A stretch of DNA of 64,000 nucleotides from Iphione sp. A-MEVVRFRX5. Its lineage: Eukaryota. The DNA is taken from assembly GCA_976226885.1 (NCBI GenBank), contig OZ320313.1, positions 171,430,001 to 171,494,000 on the forward strand, given 5' to 3'. Shown here one piece after another: positions 61,376-64,000 of the stretch. The translations under genes and the position numbers were made by a program. The stretch's first letter is position 1, and each line of letters opens with the position of its first letter. The notes beneath the pieces were generated by a model. That model made no database searches and had not been told where the DNA came from. It was given only the letters and a program-made list of their open reading frames with translations.

Positions 61376-64000
61376 AAATGAGATGGCCACCTCTCCACAT
61401 ACCTAGGGGGAAAGGTATGTCGTGATATACACCCCTCGCATTGCTACGTGTAAAAAAATATAAAAAAAATACGGAGACAGGCTCCCACTAGTTAGGATCA
61501 TTAGTCATTGGTTGTCGACGTGAAAATGGCCTCTTTTCTTTTGTATCCAGAAAAGAAAAACAGAAAAACGTGTTAGTCGTTATATACCTTGAAGGAGCAT
61601 TTAAAATACACCCGTTCAGTGTGCGAGTATTACTCTGGCTGTGTAGTGTACAATGGCGAAGACGATGACCCCCCAAAAAAGGCTGATGGTTAGTGAGATT
61701 TTTATATGCAAGGCACAGGAAGGGTCGGTTCTTAGAGGGGGGCGGACCATGGTGGAAGTGTGAACACAGGGGTGGCAGAGAACAACGTTTCCAAAGGTCC
61801 ATGACTTTTTATCTCTTTTTTTTTTTAATTTGTATTGTTTTTATCTACATACATGTACATGGATTATATTAACACGCGGGTTTCCCGTGTGACGAGTATC
61901 AGTTTATATCACACAGGCAGTGCCAGGTATTTGTCTTTTGATGAGGGTGCTTTAGTGTACTAGTGTACGGTGCCTTCAAGTTCGTGCTCACAGGACAGAA
62001 TCTTGCGCTTGAGCTTCGTTTTTTTTCATTTACGTGGGCTACATAGGAATATTCACTTTATGGACAGAAATTCCGAAACGACTGGTTTTATTTTTTGTTT
62101 TATGCCTGAGTTGCTGTATTCCTATCTCAGTGGCATGCACATATATAGGCAGTTGTCGGCAACATTCCTTCAACCATTCCATTTCAATGGAGAAGAGCCT
62201 CTTGCTGAGTATTGTGTTTCCAAAAAATAAAAAAAACAAACTTATCCTCCCACACTTCTAGCGACTAATTATAACCCTCTCCAGCCTCATGTGAGGGCAG
62301 GAACAGACCACCATGTATTAAAGATACCCCCCCCCTCCCCCCATTGTCCAACAGCAGCTCATATCTAGTCCAGCCTTGCAGTTTTTTGTAACGACCCTTC
62401 ACGCCAAAATCTAAGGACACTGACCACCCCTTATCCCTCAACCCCCCAACCGACCCCCCCCCCCCGCATCCCTCCTCACACACACCTACGTGTTGCAGAT
62501 GGGCATCAACAGAACGCCTTATATTTCGATGCTTATTCGTGACTAAAATCTGAGTTTTTTTATTATTCAACATGACGAGCGACTTGGAAACTAATCGCTA
62601 TAATTGCTAATACTTTGGGTTGTCGATTTTAACACGAGTAAGTGTGCACGGTGTTGTGTTGGGGGAAATAAAACAGTTCGTTAGTTCTAGCCAGTTAGAT
62701 AAGACGCTAGATTTTGTACAGACCATCATTCTGCCGCTTTAACCCTTTGTTGCATGTCGGTGTTGTCCTCGAACGTCTTCTCGTAGACTCGTCATGTTTT
62801 TTTTTACTTGTAGGTCTTGTAAACTAGAGCCTAACTTATTTGCCGATTTGTATATATATATATTTTTTAAGTTGATTTGTATGTCAAATATGAAATGTAG
62901 TAGATGGACCGGAACAAAAGTTGATGGACCGACCTTTTTTTTACAAAGTATGTACTCTGTGTACGTGTATATTGATTTCTGCCAATTTCGATCAATTCTT
63001 ACTGGCTAGAGGGTGTATTCTCTTTTTTTCCATGGAAGAACCTTTATTGTAGCGAGGCCAAAAAAAATGAATTGTAGGGTATAAACAGGAATCTCGCTAT
63101 GCAATTTATGTCATTTGGAAACGCATCGTGTACACCAGCTGACAACTGCAAACAATAAACCATCGATATTAACCCACAGTTCAGGAGTCGGGTGTCATTT
63201 GTCGGTACTAAACAAAAAAAAAGCAGCAACAAATCTTCCTTGAATGGAAAAGGGAATCAACAACTTTTCGTTTTTACATTTGCCTTTATTGTGTGGATCA
63301 TCACCATACATCATAGCTGGACGTTAGGGGGGGACCTGCCGAGCAGAGAGAGCTCTTGCACTATTTCCTCATGGCGGTGAAGAAAAAAAAAGAAGAGATC
63401 CCTTTCTACGTAAACTACACTACTACCCACAGGCAGGTGTAAGCAACCGGTATGACAGCAACAAGATCTGTCCTTCCATATTAATACACATACACGCACA
63501 CGCTTCCGTTGACCAGACACACACGCTACATCAGAAACTTTCATAAGTCATAAAATTACTGTCAGAGGAAATCATTTTCAGACGCACAAAATATTGACCT
63601 TTTTTTAAAACTGTGTATATCCCTTATTGGTTGCTCTGAACGCGAAGACTGGCAATACTTGTAAACCCAAGAAATAACTACAACTTTGGCTATGAAGGAG
63701 AGAGCTCGAGACGGAGCTGGAAAAGAAAGAGAGGGCAGGAAAAAGCGACAGCTTGGCAGCAGATTCCATAGCAACGTGTACCAATCAATGAATATTATGC
63801 TTTCCTGAATAAGAGTTATCTTCTTTGAAGATAAGTGTGAATCCTACTGAAGGTGTCTTTCCCCCCCAAAAAAACATGTACAAGCAATCGGGAATAATAA
63901 CTTTCCCCCTTCCTGGTGTGAATAGCCTTCACAAACTAGAACTAAACGTCTCCCACGGCGCATTGTGGAGCCTCTATTTCCATACCACTTGATACATGAA

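Noticed and set aside
44-63774. The many remaining 60-240 aa ORFs in the six-frame track (microsatellite-derived, N-spanning, or antisense to GC-rich exons)
   Set aside because: Explained by low complexity, alternative start codons, N runs or antisense shadows of real exons; no independent gene signal.

Overview
Eukaryotic (animal) genomic DNA rich in introns, microsatellites and minisatellites, with 8 N-gaps. Lancelet/Branchiostoma origin is an inference from the GC3-rich exons and a DeuSINE-like element. The window is dominated by one + strand gene for a Homer scaffold protein (EVH1 domain, linker, coiled coil). Its eight constant coding exons lie at 49585-59747 and encode about 376 aa; their sizes are 157/132/180/128/partly in gap/111/81/186 nt, largely matching vertebrate HOMER1. 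The first constant exon needs a phase-2 upstream partner. The 45 kb upstream of it holds a series of up to 13 candidate ATG-initiated exons, many in CpG-rich promoter-like patches, each ending at a phase-2 donor. This suggests a variable-first-exon/constant-exon architecture giving N-termini of about 4 to 288 aa; about five candidates are well supported and the short ones could be chance matches. Other notable features: a consensus-matching candidate recursive splice site (polyY-CAG|GTAAGT at 16229/16230); a candidate internal promoter for a coiled-coil-only isoform (56049-56132); tandem duplications that copy splice sites at four, possibly five, constant-exon boundaries; CTCF-like motifs near several candidate first exons; a probable first exon of a divergent - strand gene at 1139-1236; a tRNA-derived SINE; and a family of ~300-350 bp MITE-like elements. 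All splicing statements are predictions from sequence only.
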